From a virus, in IMG/VR virus record IMGVR_UViG_3300035070_003385, positions 64,001 through 128,000 of that record: DNA of 64,000 nt. One strand, given 5' to 3'. The notes beneath the pieces are model-generated. The model saw nothing but the letters and a program-made list of their open reading frames with translations, had not been told where the DNA came from and did not search any database. The position numbers and the translations under genes were made by a program. Below are positions 55,153-64,000 of the stretch, in pieces. Position 1 is the first letter of the stretch. The number at the start of each line of letters is the position of its first letter.

Positions 55153-55715
55153 AAAGATTTAAGCAATACATATCAGAAGAAACAGAAACACTTAATGAAA
55201 GCGCACTTAAAGCTTTACGGGTTGCTACTAAAGCCCATTCAGGACAGACACGTAAAAGCGGTGGTAAATATATTGAGCATCCAAAAGAAGTTGCTCGGTT
55301 CGTACAAAAGTTTAAAAAATCAAACAATCTTTCGGCGTTAGTACAGGCGGCTTATCTACACGATACTATTGAAGATACTGATACAACATATGATGATTTG
55401 GTTAAACAGTTTGGTGCTCTTATAGCTGATATGGTTCAGGAATTAACAACTGATAAAGCTGCATCTGATGCAATTGGTAAAGGTGAATATATTGCCAATA
55501 AGATGGCTAAAATGTCAAGTTGGTCATTAGTTATTAAACTCGCAGATAGATTAGCAAACGTACAAGACATTGATACACGGCCTGCAGATTTTCAAAAGAA
55601 ATATGCTGCACAGACTGCGCTTGCTATTAAACGTCTTCGTAGTGATAGATATTTAAGTAAAACACATAATAAAATCATATCAGCTATTGAGAAAAAAATT
55701 AAAGAATATGTATAG
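55149..55715 (+). CDS. HD-domain small alarmone hydrolase (SpoT/Mesh1-like) with CTS-like N-terminus
   Basis: MKRFKQYISE; KAHSGQTRKSG..YIEHP, AAYLHDTIEDT, IKLADRLAN. Confidence 0.88.
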   Translation: MKRFKQYISEETETLNESALKALRVATKAHSGQTRKSGGKYIEHPKEVARFVQKFKKSNNLSALVQAAYLHDTIEDTDTTYDDLVKQFGALIADMVQELTTDKAASDAIGKGEYIANKMAKMSSWSLVIKLADRLANVQDIDTRPADFQKKYAAQTALAIKRLRSDRYLSKTHNKIISAIEKKIKEYV

Positions 55716-56001
55716 TTTCAAACAATATATTTCCGAAGGTATCATGGTTAAACTGATTCGTGGTAAAGGCCAGGATACTTTAAAAATGAGAGACACTAAA
55801 GAAAAAAGTTGGGTTGAATTACGAGGTAAACCTAATTTTGAAACTAAATATGATAAAAGAGATCCATTACATAAAGCAATTACAGCATTAGGTAAATCGG
55901 CAAATATATCTGATTTTATGAACGGTGATGAAGTCAGTATTAATCCAAACCATCCTGACGGTAAAAAGGCATTGGCAGCAATGAAGAAGTTAATGAAATG
56001 A
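55708..56001 (+). CDS. Small protein with CTS-like N-terminus
   Basis: MYSFKQYISE; ATG overlaps previous gene end. Confidence 0.7.
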   Translation: MYSFKQYISEGIMVKLIRGKGQDTLKMRDTKEKSWVELRGKPNFETKYDKRDPLHKAITALGKSANISDFMNGDEVSINPNHPDGKKALAAMKKLMK

Positions 56002-56306
56002 AAAATTTTAAAAAATTCTTAGAAGAAAAAGATCCTCGATTGGCGAAGGCTGGAGTGGATGGTTATAATAAACCAAAAAGAACTCCTAGTCATCCTACTA
56101 AAAGTCATATTGTCGTTGCTAAAGACGGTAATAAAATTAAAACTATTAGATTTGGTGAGCAAGGCGCATCCACTGCCGGTGATCCAAAAAAAGGTGAATC
56201 TGATAGAATGAAGGCTAAGAGAAAATCGTTTAAAGCACGCCATGCTAAAAATATCGCTAAAGGTAAAATGTCTGGGGCATATTGGGCAGATAAAGAAAAG
56301 TGGTAA
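55998..56306 (+). CDS. Basic protein (DUF6321-like) with CTS-like N-terminus
   Basis: MKNFKKFLEE; GYNKPKRTP.HPTKSHIVVAK; RKSFKARH; AYWADKEKW. Confidence 0.75.
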   Translation: MKNFKKFLEEKDPRLAKAGVDGYNKPKRTPSHPTKSHIVVAKDGNKIKTIRFGEQGASTAGDPKKGESDRMKAKRKSFKARHAKNIAKGKMSGAYWADKEKW

Positions 56307-56356
56307 TTTAAATTTGATAAATATTAACAGTAATCAGGAACAAAGGTCTAAAACAA

Positions 56357-56575
56357 ATGAAAAGTTTTAAGCAATTTACACTTAATGAAAAAGTCAAGGT
56401 TGAATGCCCTAAATGTGATGGTGCTGGCTGTGATCATTGTGACGGTAAAGGTTATCACGCCGAACCTGAGCTTAACGAGTTATCCGCCGAAGAAAAAAAA
56501 CTTGTTAATCAAATGTACGATAAAAAGGGTAACTTAACACCACTTGGTAAAAAAGTTATGAACTATAATAAATAA
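56357..56575 (+). CDS. Small zinc-finger protein with CTS-like N-terminus
   Basis: MKSFKQFTLNE; CPKCDGAGCDHCDGKG. Confidence 0.7.
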   Translation: MKSFKQFTLNEKVKVECPKCDGAGCDHCDGKGYHAEPELNELSAEEKKLVNQMYDKKGNLTPLGKKVMNYNK

Positions 56576-56604
56576 ATTAAACCCAAATAAGGAGAATAAA
56601 AACA

Positions 56605-56919
56605 ATGGCACTTTGGGGAAAAACAGACGCATTAGCTTCAGTACCAACATGGTTGGAAGATGCTGCAGCTAACACAAACAAATCAAATGATCGTGATAAC
56701 GCGATATTTGTTGACACAGGAGAAGCTGGTGTCGCAGGAAACCGCGCAAAAGGTATTAAAACGCCAGGTTGGAATATTTATTATACTTACACAGATCAAA
56801 ACGGCGCTACACGCCATAAAAACGAAGCACTTATACCAATGAAAGTTTCAGCCGGTGATGCTGGTGATTTAGGTGTTGCTGGTACTGGTGATGACTCTGT
56901 TGTAGCTGACCCAGCTTAA
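56605..56919 (+). CDS. Conserved T4-like hypothetical protein (MALWG start), probably structural
   Basis: MALWG, PGWN.Y.TYTD.NG..RHK.E. Confidence 0.65.
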   Translation: MALWGKTDALASVPTWLEDAAANTNKSNDRDNAIFVDTGEAGVAGNRAKGIKTPGWNIYYTYTDQNGATRHKNEALIPMKVSAGDAGDLGVAGTGDDSVVADPA

Positions 56920-56936
56920 TTAAAGAAATATACATT

Positions 56937-57311
56937 ATGAAATTGACAGAATCAACCTTTCTATTATATGCTGCAAAATACTATGAAAATCCGCATTGCT
57001 CGGATATATCTGAGTTTGAAGAAGATCTAAAAAGATTGCAATACTTAAGAAAACTTTTTAGTAGATTTAAACAAACTGGAGAACTTAAAGAAAGGTTGAT
57101 TCTAAATCATTTGATTATTTTATATAATTGTTTTGGCACTGAAACAACAAATATATTGTTTATGAAGTTAGAGGAATACCACGAGTATTTGAAGCCTTTT
57201 GTGGCATACTTAAATTTTATGCCAGAATTTATTGAATATGAAGATGAAAAAATTCATAATCGTCATTTTAGATCAAATGAATTTATAGAAGAAATTTTAA
57301 GGAAAATATAA
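56937..57311 (+). CDS. Conserved T4-like hypothetical protein
   Basis: YYENPHC...FEEDLKR; ERLILNHLIILYN.FG. Confidence 0.75.
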   Translation: MKLTESTFLLYAAKYYENPHCSDISEFEEDLKRLQYLRKLFSRFKQTGELKERLILNHLIILYNCFGTETTNILFMKLEEYHEYLKPFVAYLNFMPEFIEYEDEKIHNRHFRSNEFIEEILRKI

Positions 57312-57312
57312 A

Positions 57313-58374
57313 GTGGTAGTAGATCTATTCTTAGTTTATCAATTTATCCGTAGATTAGCTACGCCATTTGAAAAGTGGCCTGCTTACGAAGCAGGGGTTA
57401 TAGATAAAAAAGGAAATATACTCAAAGGAAAAAACCAAAGAAATTTAAAATCTGAAAAAGATTCATTTGGTATTTTTGATTTGATGATATTAAAAATCAA
57501 AAAGCTTTTAGCTAAACTACCAGGCGGATCATCAAATTTTGCTTCCTATGCCGCAGCGCTGTTTCTCATAAAAGAATGGAAACATTTTACTAATGATAGC
57601 ATGCTTAATGAATCTATTTCTGAAGAGAATATTGACCAGTCACTGGATTTGTTTTTTAGTAGATATAATCATTATAACACACTTTCAGAAAATGTCAATA
57701 GTTTTTTAGATGAAAAACTTAAAAAATCAGATGATATGGGTACATGGATTAAAGATTTTTATGACTCAGATGCTCCTCAATTCAAAGGTAAATCAAAAGC
57801 AAAACGCCGGCAAATGGCCGTTGCTGCAAAACTTGACGCTATGGATGAAGCACGAAAACTACAACCTCCTAAATGGAAAAAGGCTGGACCCAATGGAGAA
57901 AAAGAAATTACTTTTCCGACTGGCCGTCGCTTTAAGATAGAAAAACAATATGATGAAAATATTCGTCATAAGGGTGAGTGGAAAGTAATGGAATGGGATC
58001 CTCGCTCTCGTGATTGGGAATGGCATGAAACATTTAGTCCACAATGGTATGCGAAAGAAAAAGTAATGGAACTAGGTAAATATGATTCCAAAGGTAAAAA
58101 AGTTACTGAGTCAGCAATTAATATGCGTACTTTAAAACTTATCAATAAAATTAAAAAGTCCGGTGTTGTAAAATCCGGTTCTATGTCAAAAAATGTAAAC
58201 ACAAAACCGACGATGAAAGAAGAACCAACAAATAGCGTTGGATCTGGCGCTGTTGCTGGTTTAGGCGTTGGTCCACAGGGAGAGCCAGGATTGACTCCTG
58301 CTCAAATGAAAAAGTATAAAAAGAAAAACAAAGGTCCAAAAAGACTAAGGGATATTATAGGAGCGAATACATGA
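57313..58374 (+). CDS. Conserved T4-like N-domain followed by mosaic modules
   Basis: DLFLVYQFIRRLATPFEKWPAY..GVID; modules separated by I/L-x-E sites. Confidence 0.7.
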   Translation: MVVDLFLVYQFIRRLATPFEKWPAYEAGVIDKKGNILKGKNQRNLKSEKDSFGIFDLMILKIKKLLAKLPGGSSNFASYAAALFLIKEWKHFTNDSMLNESISEENIDQSLDLFFSRYNHYNTLSENVNSFLDEKLKKSDDMGTWIKDFYDSDAPQFKGKSKAKRRQMAVAAKLDAMDEARKLQPPKWKKAGPNGEKEITFPTGRRFKIEKQYDENIRHKGEWKVMEWDPRSRDWEWHETFSPQWYAKEKVMELGKYDSKGKKVTESAINMRTLKLINKIKKSGVVKSGSMSKNVNTKPTMKEEPTNSVGSGAVAGLGVGPQGEPGLTPAQMKKYKKKNKGPKRLRDIIGANT

Positions 58375-59231
58375 TTACTCTTGAACAATTTAGCGCAATG
58401 ATACCAAGAAATAAAGAACCTGAAGCCTGGTATGAAAATGTTGTTGACATGTTTAAAAAATATGATATAATAACACCATTACGTATTGCTGGTTTTATGG
58501 CACAATGTGGTCATGAATCAGCTGACTTTACTGCACTCGAAGAAAATTTAAATTATAGCGAAAAAGCTTTGAATGGTGTATTTGGTAGGTATTTTGGAAA
58601 AGATAAAAGAAACGCAGCTGATTATGCTCGTAAACCTGAAAAGATTGCTAACTATGTGTACCAAGATGAATTCCGTTCTAAACGCGGGGCAATGGGTAAT
58701 ACAGAAGACGGTGATGGTTGGAGATTCCGCGGTAGAGGAATTAAACAGTTAACCGGGCGCAACAACTATACTGCATTTGGCAAATCTGTTGGAATGTCAG
58801 CAGAAGAAGCGGCTGAATACGTAGCAACGAAAAAGGGTGCTCTTGAGTCAGCTTGCTGGTTTTGGGCCACAAACAAAATTGATAGATATGCAGACAATGA
58901 CGATATTGTAGGAATGACAAAACGTATTAACGGCGGTACAATTGGTTTAGACGACCGTAAATCACGATATGCAAGGGCAAAAAGTATTTTAGGTGGTGAA
59001 AGTATTCCAACGCCAAAGAAAACTTCAAGCAGCTCCTCGTCTAATAAAAGAACACTGCGCAAAGGCATGAAAGGCGACGATGTTGCTAAAATGCAAAAAG
59101 CTCTCGGTGTTACTGCAGACGGCGATTTTGGGTTTGGTACTTTGGGTGTAGTAAAAAAATGGCAGCGATCAAACGGATTAACTCCAGACGGTATAGTTGG
59201 TCCAAAGACTCAAGCAAAAATGTTTAGATGA
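58371..59231 (+). CDS. GH19 endolysin with C-terminal peptidoglycan-binding domain
   Basis: FMAQCGHES, FRGRGIKQLTGR.NY, TKRINGG; LRKG..G.DV..MQ..LG...DG.FG..T. Confidence 0.92.
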   Translation: MITLEQFSAMIPRNKEPEAWYENVVDMFKKYDIITPLRIAGFMAQCGHESADFTALEENLNYSEKALNGVFGRYFGKDKRNAADYARKPEKIANYVYQDEFRSKRGAMGNTEDGDGWRFRGRGIKQLTGRNNYTAFGKSVGMSAEEAAEYVATKKGALESACWFWATNKIDRYADNDDIVGMTKRINGGTIGLDDRKSRYARAKSILGGESIPTPKKTSSSSSSNKRTLRKGMKGDDVAKMQKALGVTADGDFGFGTLGVVKKWQRSNGLTPDGIVGPKTQAKMFR

Positions 59232-59276
59232 TAAATAATAAATAAGTTAAACCACAAACGAATAAGGAGACAGTAA

Positions 59277-59621
59277 ATGTCAATTAGAGATATTATAGAG
59301 CACTCGGTTAATAAAAATCCTCTCGCTATGAAAGAAGCATTGGACGAAGAAATGCGTAATCGTATTGCTATAGCAATCCAAGAAAAAATGATGGCAGAAA
59401 AAAATGATGAAATGTTGGAAGCATCTGATGATGATGAAGACGACGAAGATGAAGATGATGCCGATGACAATGATGATGACGAAGACGAAATGGCGTCTGA
59501 AATGAAAAATCTCCATGCTTCTTCATGTGGCAAAACAGAAATGTATGCCAAAATGAAAGAAAAATATGGTTGTGATAAAGCAACATTTGAAGGTTTATAC
59601 GCTTCTTACTGCAATAGTTAA
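59277..59621 (+). CDS. Prohead core protein-like (gp67-like), acidic
   Basis: Helical N-terminus plus long D/E tract. Confidence 0.55.
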   Translation: MSIRDIIEHSVNKNPLAMKEALDEEMRNRIAIAIQEKMMAEKNDEMLEASDDDEDDEDEDDADDNDDDEDEMASEMKNLHASSCGKTEMYAKMKEKYGCDKATFEGLYASYCNS

Positions 59622-59630
59622 AAAGTTCAT

Positions 59631-60080
59631 ATGGCAAAATTATATCTTTTAATCATATTAGCTAGCATTATCGGTGGCTTAGGTTACGCTGCTAAAAGCT
59701 ACTATGAATGGTCAGAAGAAACCATTGGAACACTTCGTGAAAATAACGTTAAATTAGCATCTGCAGCCGAAACTCTACAAAATACAGTAGATCAAATGGT
59801 TGCAGATGCTGAACGCAACGAAGAGCTGAATCAAAATCTTACAATACAGTTAGCAGCATCACGTGAATATTTAAACACTTTACGAAATAAATTTGCGCGT
59901 ATTGATTTAACTATGGAAGCCTTACAGGATCCTACAAACTTAGAGGAAAGGGTACAGCGTGCAGTTGACAGACTTATCAGTGACATCGCTGAAGACACTA
60001 CCGCTCCTGGTGATATCACTGATGCTCCTGACGGGGTGTCTGGGGAGAACGCCGGAACCGACAGTAGTAGTTCAGACTGA
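59631..60080 (+). CDS. i-spanin (Rz-like)
   Basis: N-terminal TM plus periplasmic coiled coil; overlaps lipoprotein gene. Confidence 0.7.
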   Translation: MAKLYLLIILASIIGGLGYAAKSYYEWSEETIGTLRENNVKLASAAETLQNTVDQMVADAERNEELNQNLTIQLAASREYLNTLRNKFARIDLTMEALQDPTNLEERVQRAVDRLISDIAEDTTAPGDITDAPDGVSGENAGTDSSSSD

Positions 60081-60339
60081 ATATCAAAAACAAAATATTC
60101 CAATTCAAGCAAGACCTCCTAAGGTAGAGTTTCCACCAGTTGAGTGGAGTGTTATTACCGAAGATAACATTGACGTAAAAATGGAAGAGCTGAAAGGTTC
60201 AACTGGCAATTTCGTCGTGTTTGCTGTAGGACCTAAAGGTTACGAAAATCTTGCTATTGGTATTGGTGAATTACGTCGATATATTAATGAACAAAAAGCT
60301 ATAATTGTTTACTATGAAGATGCTTTAAAGAATAAATAA
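59959..60339 (+). CDS. o-spanin (Rz1-like lipoprotein); start uncertain
   Basis: Lipobox LLTGC; Pro-rich; overlapping frame. Confidence 0.7.
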   Translation: MQLTDLSVTSLKTLPLLVISLMLLTGCLGRTPEPTVVVQTEYQKQNIPIQARPPKVEFPPVEWSVITEDNIDVKMEELKGSTGNFVVFAVGPKGYENLAIGIGELRRYINEQKAIIVYYEDALKNK

Positions 60340-60368
60340 ATTTTATAAACTTCATTATGTTAAATATT

Positions 60369-60392
60369 GGGAGGTGTAATACCTCCTTTTTT
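60369..60392 (+). terminator. Rho-independent terminator
   Basis: GGAGGT-GTAAT-ACCTCC followed by T run. Confidence 0.8.
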
Positions 60393-60419
60393 AATTTAAA
60401 AACAAAGAAGTAAACACAA

Positions 60420-60887
60420 ATGGCCAATGAAGAATTAAATACACTAAAAACAGATGTTGCTGTTATAAAAAAAGATATAAAACAAATAGATCGTGTATTC
60501 AATAAAGTTGATGGCGCAATCGAAGACATGTCTGAACTTCATAAAATCGCGGCAGTGCAAGATACGATATTAGAAAATACCGAAAGAAGACTCGTAAGTC
60601 TAGAAAACAATTTCGTAAAACACGGTGATGATGAACTTGCGTTTAGGAAAGATCTAAATAAATCTTTAAATGAAATGAAAGAAGAGGCACAAATCCAAAG
60701 AGAGCGTCGACATAAAGAAGTTTTAGAAACGCTCAACTCAATGAACTCGTCAGTAAAAAAACGCCTTGAAATACAAGATGAAAGAGTACGAGCATTGGAA
60801 AATTGGAGATGGTGGATCCTAGGTGCGTCAGCAGGACTTGTTTTCGTTTTAACAAAATATAATATGTTAATGTCTTTTTTTAGTTGA
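60420..60887 (+). CDS. Coiled-coil protein with C-terminal TM (holin/XhlA-like?)
   Basis: RALENWRWWILGASAGLVFVL. Confidence 0.55.
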   Translation: MANEELNTLKTDVAVIKKDIKQIDRVFNKVDGAIEDMSELHKIAAVQDTILENTERRLVSLENNFVKHGDDELAFRKDLNKSLNEMKEEAQIQRERRHKEVLETLNSMNSSVKKRLEIQDERVRALENWRWWILGASAGLVFVLTKYNMLMSFFS

Positions 60888-60947
60888 CATTTTATAATAT
60901 TGGTGTTATATTGAATAGTAACCATATAAATCAACTTGTGAGGCGAA

Positions 60948-61961
60948 ATGGTAGATTTCGTAGACCTTCATTATGCAACTTTGTTATCAAACAGGCTCGA
61001 ACGCTTTCGAGTTAGATCTACAAACCCATATAAAATAAATTTTAGATGCCCAGCGTGTGGTGATTCGCAAACATCACGAACAAAGGCTAGAGGATGGTTG
61101 TTAGAAAAAGATAACACGTTTCATTTTTATTGTCATAATTGTGGAGCAAGCCAATCTTTTTCATATTTCCTAAAAAGCGTTGATAACCTAGTTTATAACG
61201 ATTACATATCTGAAAAGTTTGTAAAAAAAGTAAGTGAAAAACAACCAGAAAAAACGGCAATAGAAAAAACAAAATTTGAAAAACCAGTATTTAATACAAA
61301 TCCATTAAAAAAACTTAAAAAGATAAGTCAATTGGATGTTAACCATCCTTTAAAAAAATATATAATGAAGCGTGGCATTCCACCTGAGCATCATTATCGA
61401 ATGTTTTACGCACAAAAATTTAAAACATGGATCAATAGTGTCATTCCAAATAAATTTGAAAATGTTGGAAAAGATGAGCCTCGTTTAGTAATACCATTCG
61501 TGGATAAAAAAGGTAAAGTCTTTGGAGTTTCAGCAAGAGGTTTCGACCCAAAGGGAATGCGCTATATTACAATTATGTTTGACGATCGCCCAAAGATTTT
61601 TGGCCTTGATAAAGTTGATTTTAATAAAAAATATTTTGTAGTTGAAGGAGCACTTGACAGCATGTTTCTTTCAAACGCAGTAGCGATGGCCGGTGCAGAA
61701 GGTAGTACTGCCGCGCTACAAAATATAACTAATGCGACGTTTGTATTCGATGCCGAGCCAAGAAACAAAGAAATTCACAAACGAATGGAAAAAATAATTC
61801 GTAACGGTAATAAAATTTGTATTTGGCCGTCTGATGTTCCAGCAAAAGATATTAACGAAATGGTATTGGCTGGTGCAAATAACGTTGAAGAAATCATTTG
61901 TAATAATACATATACTAGCTTAGAAGCTAATTTAAAATTAATGGCATGGAGAAAAGCATGA
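60948..61961 (+). CDS. 61: DNA primase (gp61)
   Basis: FRCPACGDS...CHNC zinc finger; VVEGALDSMF; VFDAEPRN. Confidence 0.95.
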   Translation: MVDFVDLHYATLLSNRLERFRVRSTNPYKINFRCPACGDSQTSRTKARGWLLEKDNTFHFYCHNCGASQSFSYFLKSVDNLVYNDYISEKFVKKVSEKQPEKTAIEKTKFEKPVFNTNPLKKLKKISQLDVNHPLKKYIMKRGIPPEHHYRMFYAQKFKTWINSVIPNKFENVGKDEPRLVIPFVDKKGKVFGVSARGFDPKGMRYITIMFDDRPKIFGLDKVDFNKKYFVVEGALDSMFLSNAVAMAGAEGSTAALQNITNATFVFDAEPRNKEIHKRMEKIIRNGNKICIWPSDVPAKDINEMVLAGANNVEEIICNNTYTSLEANLKLMAWRKA

Positions 61962-62431
61962 TACGGGCAATATTAGCATGTGATGATGATTGGGGTATAG
62001 GTAAAGGTGGTCAACTTCCTTGGCCTAATAACAAAGCTGACTTAAAATGGTTTAAAGAAACGACACTAAACGGGACAGTTATTATGGGTCGAAAAACGTG
62101 GGATAGTTTACCATTCAAACCGTTGCCAAACAGAAAAAATATTGTAGTTTCTAATACTATGAAACACCAGGAAGGTATTGAAGTAATTCGTTCTGATATT
62201 TTTAATTCGAGAATGAGCATTCTTAGTAAAGAAAATAATGTGTGGATGATTGGCGGTTGCCATTTAATAGAAAATAACTTACCTATTATTGATGAATTTT
62301 GGTTGAGCCGCATCAATGGTGTATATGATTGTGAAATATTTTTGCCTAAAACGTTAATTGAATTAACGTACGAATTATATAGTAGTGAGCGTGAAGGTGA
62401 AGTATATGTAGACAAATGGAAAAAGATATAA
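61958..62431 (+). CDS. frd: Dihydrofolate reductase
   Basis: IG..GQLPW, DLKWFK, VIMGRKTW.SLP..PLP.R.N, IGG. Confidence 0.95.
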   Translation: MIRAILACDDDWGIGKGGQLPWPNNKADLKWFKETTLNGTVIMGRKTWDSLPFKPLPNRKNIVVSNTMKHQEGIEVIRSDIFNSRMSILSKENNVWMIGGCHLIENNLPIIDEFWLSRINGVYDCEIFLPKTLIELTYELYSSEREGEVYVDKWKKI

Positions 62432-63321
62432 TGCATCAATATAAAAAACTAATTAATGATATTATCGCAAATGGCGAAAACGTAAGTGATAGAACTGGTG
62501 TAGGAACACGCTCTATCTTTGGTTATCAAATGAAGTTTGATCTCGGTGAAGGCTTTCCTGCAGTCACCATAAAAAAGCTTGCGTGGAAAGCAGTTGTTGG
62601 GGAACTGCTGTGGTTTCTTGAAGGTGGTACTGATGAACGTCGTTTAGCCGAACTTACATTTGGTAAAGACCGTGAAGATTTGGTTAAAAAGAAAACCATT
62701 TGGACAGCAAATGCTGATAAGCAAGGCGTGGAGCTTGGGCATTATAATGACGAATACATCAAGGATCTTGGTCCAGTATATGGATCCCAGTGGAGAAAGT
62801 TTTCTTATTATCAGGATGATCCAAGAGGTGTAGACCAAGTACTAAGTGTAATTAAACAAATTAAACAAACGCCTGATTCTCGACGCATTATTATGTCGGC
62901 CTGGAACCCTATGGTATTGAATACAATGGCTTTACCTCCTTGTCACGTTATGGCACAATTCGTAGTACGCAATGGAAAACTACATTGTCAAATGTATCAA
63001 AGGTCTGCAGACGTAGGTCTCGGGGTTCCATTTAATATTGCATCATATGCACTACTTACTCATATTATTGCAAGAGAATGTAAGCTTGATGTTGGTACAT
63101 ATGTACATACGATTGGCGATGCTCATATCTATAACGACCATTCATATAGTTTGGTGGAAATATTAGAAAGAGAACCATATCCGCTTCCAACTCTTGAAAT
63201 AGACGAGTCTTTCGATTTAATTGAACGTCTTTCAGTTGGTTTTAAAAAGGAAGATTCTTCTTTATTTAAACTAATTAACTATAATCACCATTCAGAAATT
63301 AAAATGAATATGGCGGTGTAA
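62431..63321 (+). CDS. td: Thymidylate synthase ThyA
   Basis: DRTGVGT, GPVYG.QWR, ALPPCH, YQRSAD..LGVPFNIASY. Confidence 0.97.
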   Translation: MHQYKKLINDIIANGENVSDRTGVGTRSIFGYQMKFDLGEGFPAVTIKKLAWKAVVGELLWFLEGGTDERRLAELTFGKDREDLVKKKTIWTANADKQGVELGHYNDEYIKDLGPVYGSQWRKFSYYQDDPRGVDQVLSVIKQIKQTPDSRRIIMSAWNPMVLNTMALPPCHVMAQFVVRNGKLHCQMYQRSADVGLGVPFNIASYALLTHIIARECKLDVGTYVHTIGDAHIYNDHSYSLVEILEREPYPLPTLEIDESFDLIERLSVGFKKEDSSLFKLINYNHHSEIKMNMAV

Positions 63322-63486
63322 AAAATTAAAAATATGTGAAACAATTAAAGCATATTGCGTGTAATACTAATAAATATAACATGTTGTTGACATTACCTGT
63401 CTAAAAATTCAAAAAATAAAAAATAAAAATAAAAACCGTATTGCGGAATACGTTTTCTTTACTTAATCAACAAAAAAGGTACTTGT

Positions 63487-64000
63487 ATGTTACAAAATTC
63501 TTTGACTCCAGAATATTTCAAAAAAGTAAATTATGTTTTAAAGCGAGACGGCACTACTGAAGGATTTGACGCAAGCAAAATAGAAACCGCAGTTTCTAAG
63601 GCAATGAAATCTATTGGAATTAGGAGTAAGAATCTTTCTAACGAAGTTACTGATGAGGTGGAAACGCTTTTAAACAATGATCCAAAAGATGTTATAGTAG
63701 ATGTTGACTCAGTCCATAAAGCAGTAGAAAACGTAATTATGGATATGGGTTTACACGATTTGGCTCGTGAGTATATTCTTTTCCGTTTTAATAACAAACC
63801 GAATATTTTTCGTAAACGTGCAGCATTAAAACCATACGAGTATCCACAGCTAGTTGAATACACAGATGCAATTCGTCATTCATATTGGGTACATACAGAA
63901 TTTAATTATTCTTCAGATATTCAAGATATGAAAGTCAAAATGGATCCATCTGAAGTTGAAATCGTAAAGAAAGCTATGTTAGCTATTTCACAAATCGAAG
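63487..64000 (+). CDS. nrdB: Ribonucleotide reductase class Ia R2 with N-terminal ATP-cone (truncated by window end)
   Basis: VLKRDG..EGFDASKI..AV (ATP-cone), then LKPYEYP...AIRHSYW.HTEF...MLAISQIE (R2); not in ORF track. Confidence 0.88.
   Translation, partial: MLQNSLTPEYFKKVNYVLKRDGTTEGFDASKIETAVSKAMKSIGIRSKNLSNEVTDEVETLLNNDPKDVIVDVDSVHKAVENVIMDMGLHDLAREYILFRFNNKPNIFRKRAALKPYEYPQLVEYTDAIRHSYWVHTEFNYSSDIQDMKVKMDPSEVEIVKKAMLAISQIE

Noticed and set aside
59400-59500. GAT/GAC/GAA low-complexity tract
   Set aside because: Simply encodes the acidic stretch of a prohead-core-like protein
63340-63486. Intergenic region before nrdB with a CGTATT-GCGG-AATACG hairpin, checked for an NrdR box or riboswitch
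   Set aside because: No convincing NrdR consensus; a single small hairpin in A-rich DNA is insufficient
88-63863. Many opposite-strand or off-frame ORFs in the track (e.g. 88-366, 3438-3890, 13677-14486, 19707-19889, 20521-20706, 63531-63863)
   Set aside because: They are shadows of well-supported genes or tRNAs, with no RBS or motifs and antisense-type composition

Overview
64 kb segment of a large, AT-rich T4-like myovirus genome. I had no tools: all family assignments are motif recognition by eye and need HMM or structure confirmation. Core T4-type genes: gp43 DNA polymerase, gp46/47, gp55, UvsW, UvsY, gp3, topoisomerase II gp39+60 and gp52, gp33, gp59, gp32, UvsX, gp41, gp61, Frd, Td and a window-truncated ATP-cone NrdB. 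T4 late promoters (TATAAATA) and sigma70-type promoters (TTGACA-N17-TAnAnT) recur. The host is probably an alphaproteobacterium (Rhodobacteraceae-like), judged from a two-piece permuted tmRNA with tag ANANRAPKMALAA, a DUF1127 protein, a Rhodobacter-type porin and hemO-pcyX. Accessory content: (1) six tRNAs interleaved with two unassigned structured RNA candidates and a tRNA-like element; (2) TilS plus a tRNA-Ile2(CAU); (3) direct-repeat-bounded promoter cassettes; (4) KdsA/KdsB and a ~9 kb late glycan cluster (three GT29-like, three KpsS/KpsC-like, Gmd, ColD); (5) a late module of exported proteins with pilin-like, chaperone-like, beta-barrel and lipase members. The best candidate for a new system is a set of seven late proteins starting with a T4 capsid-targeting-sequence-like peptide (M-x-x-F-K-x-F/Y-I/L-x-E). 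They include a nuclease-like protein, an RNA-ligase-like protein and a small alarmone hydrolase, suggesting an injected counter-defence/RNA-repair kit. No CRISPR array, rRNA, transposase, integrase or intron was seen.
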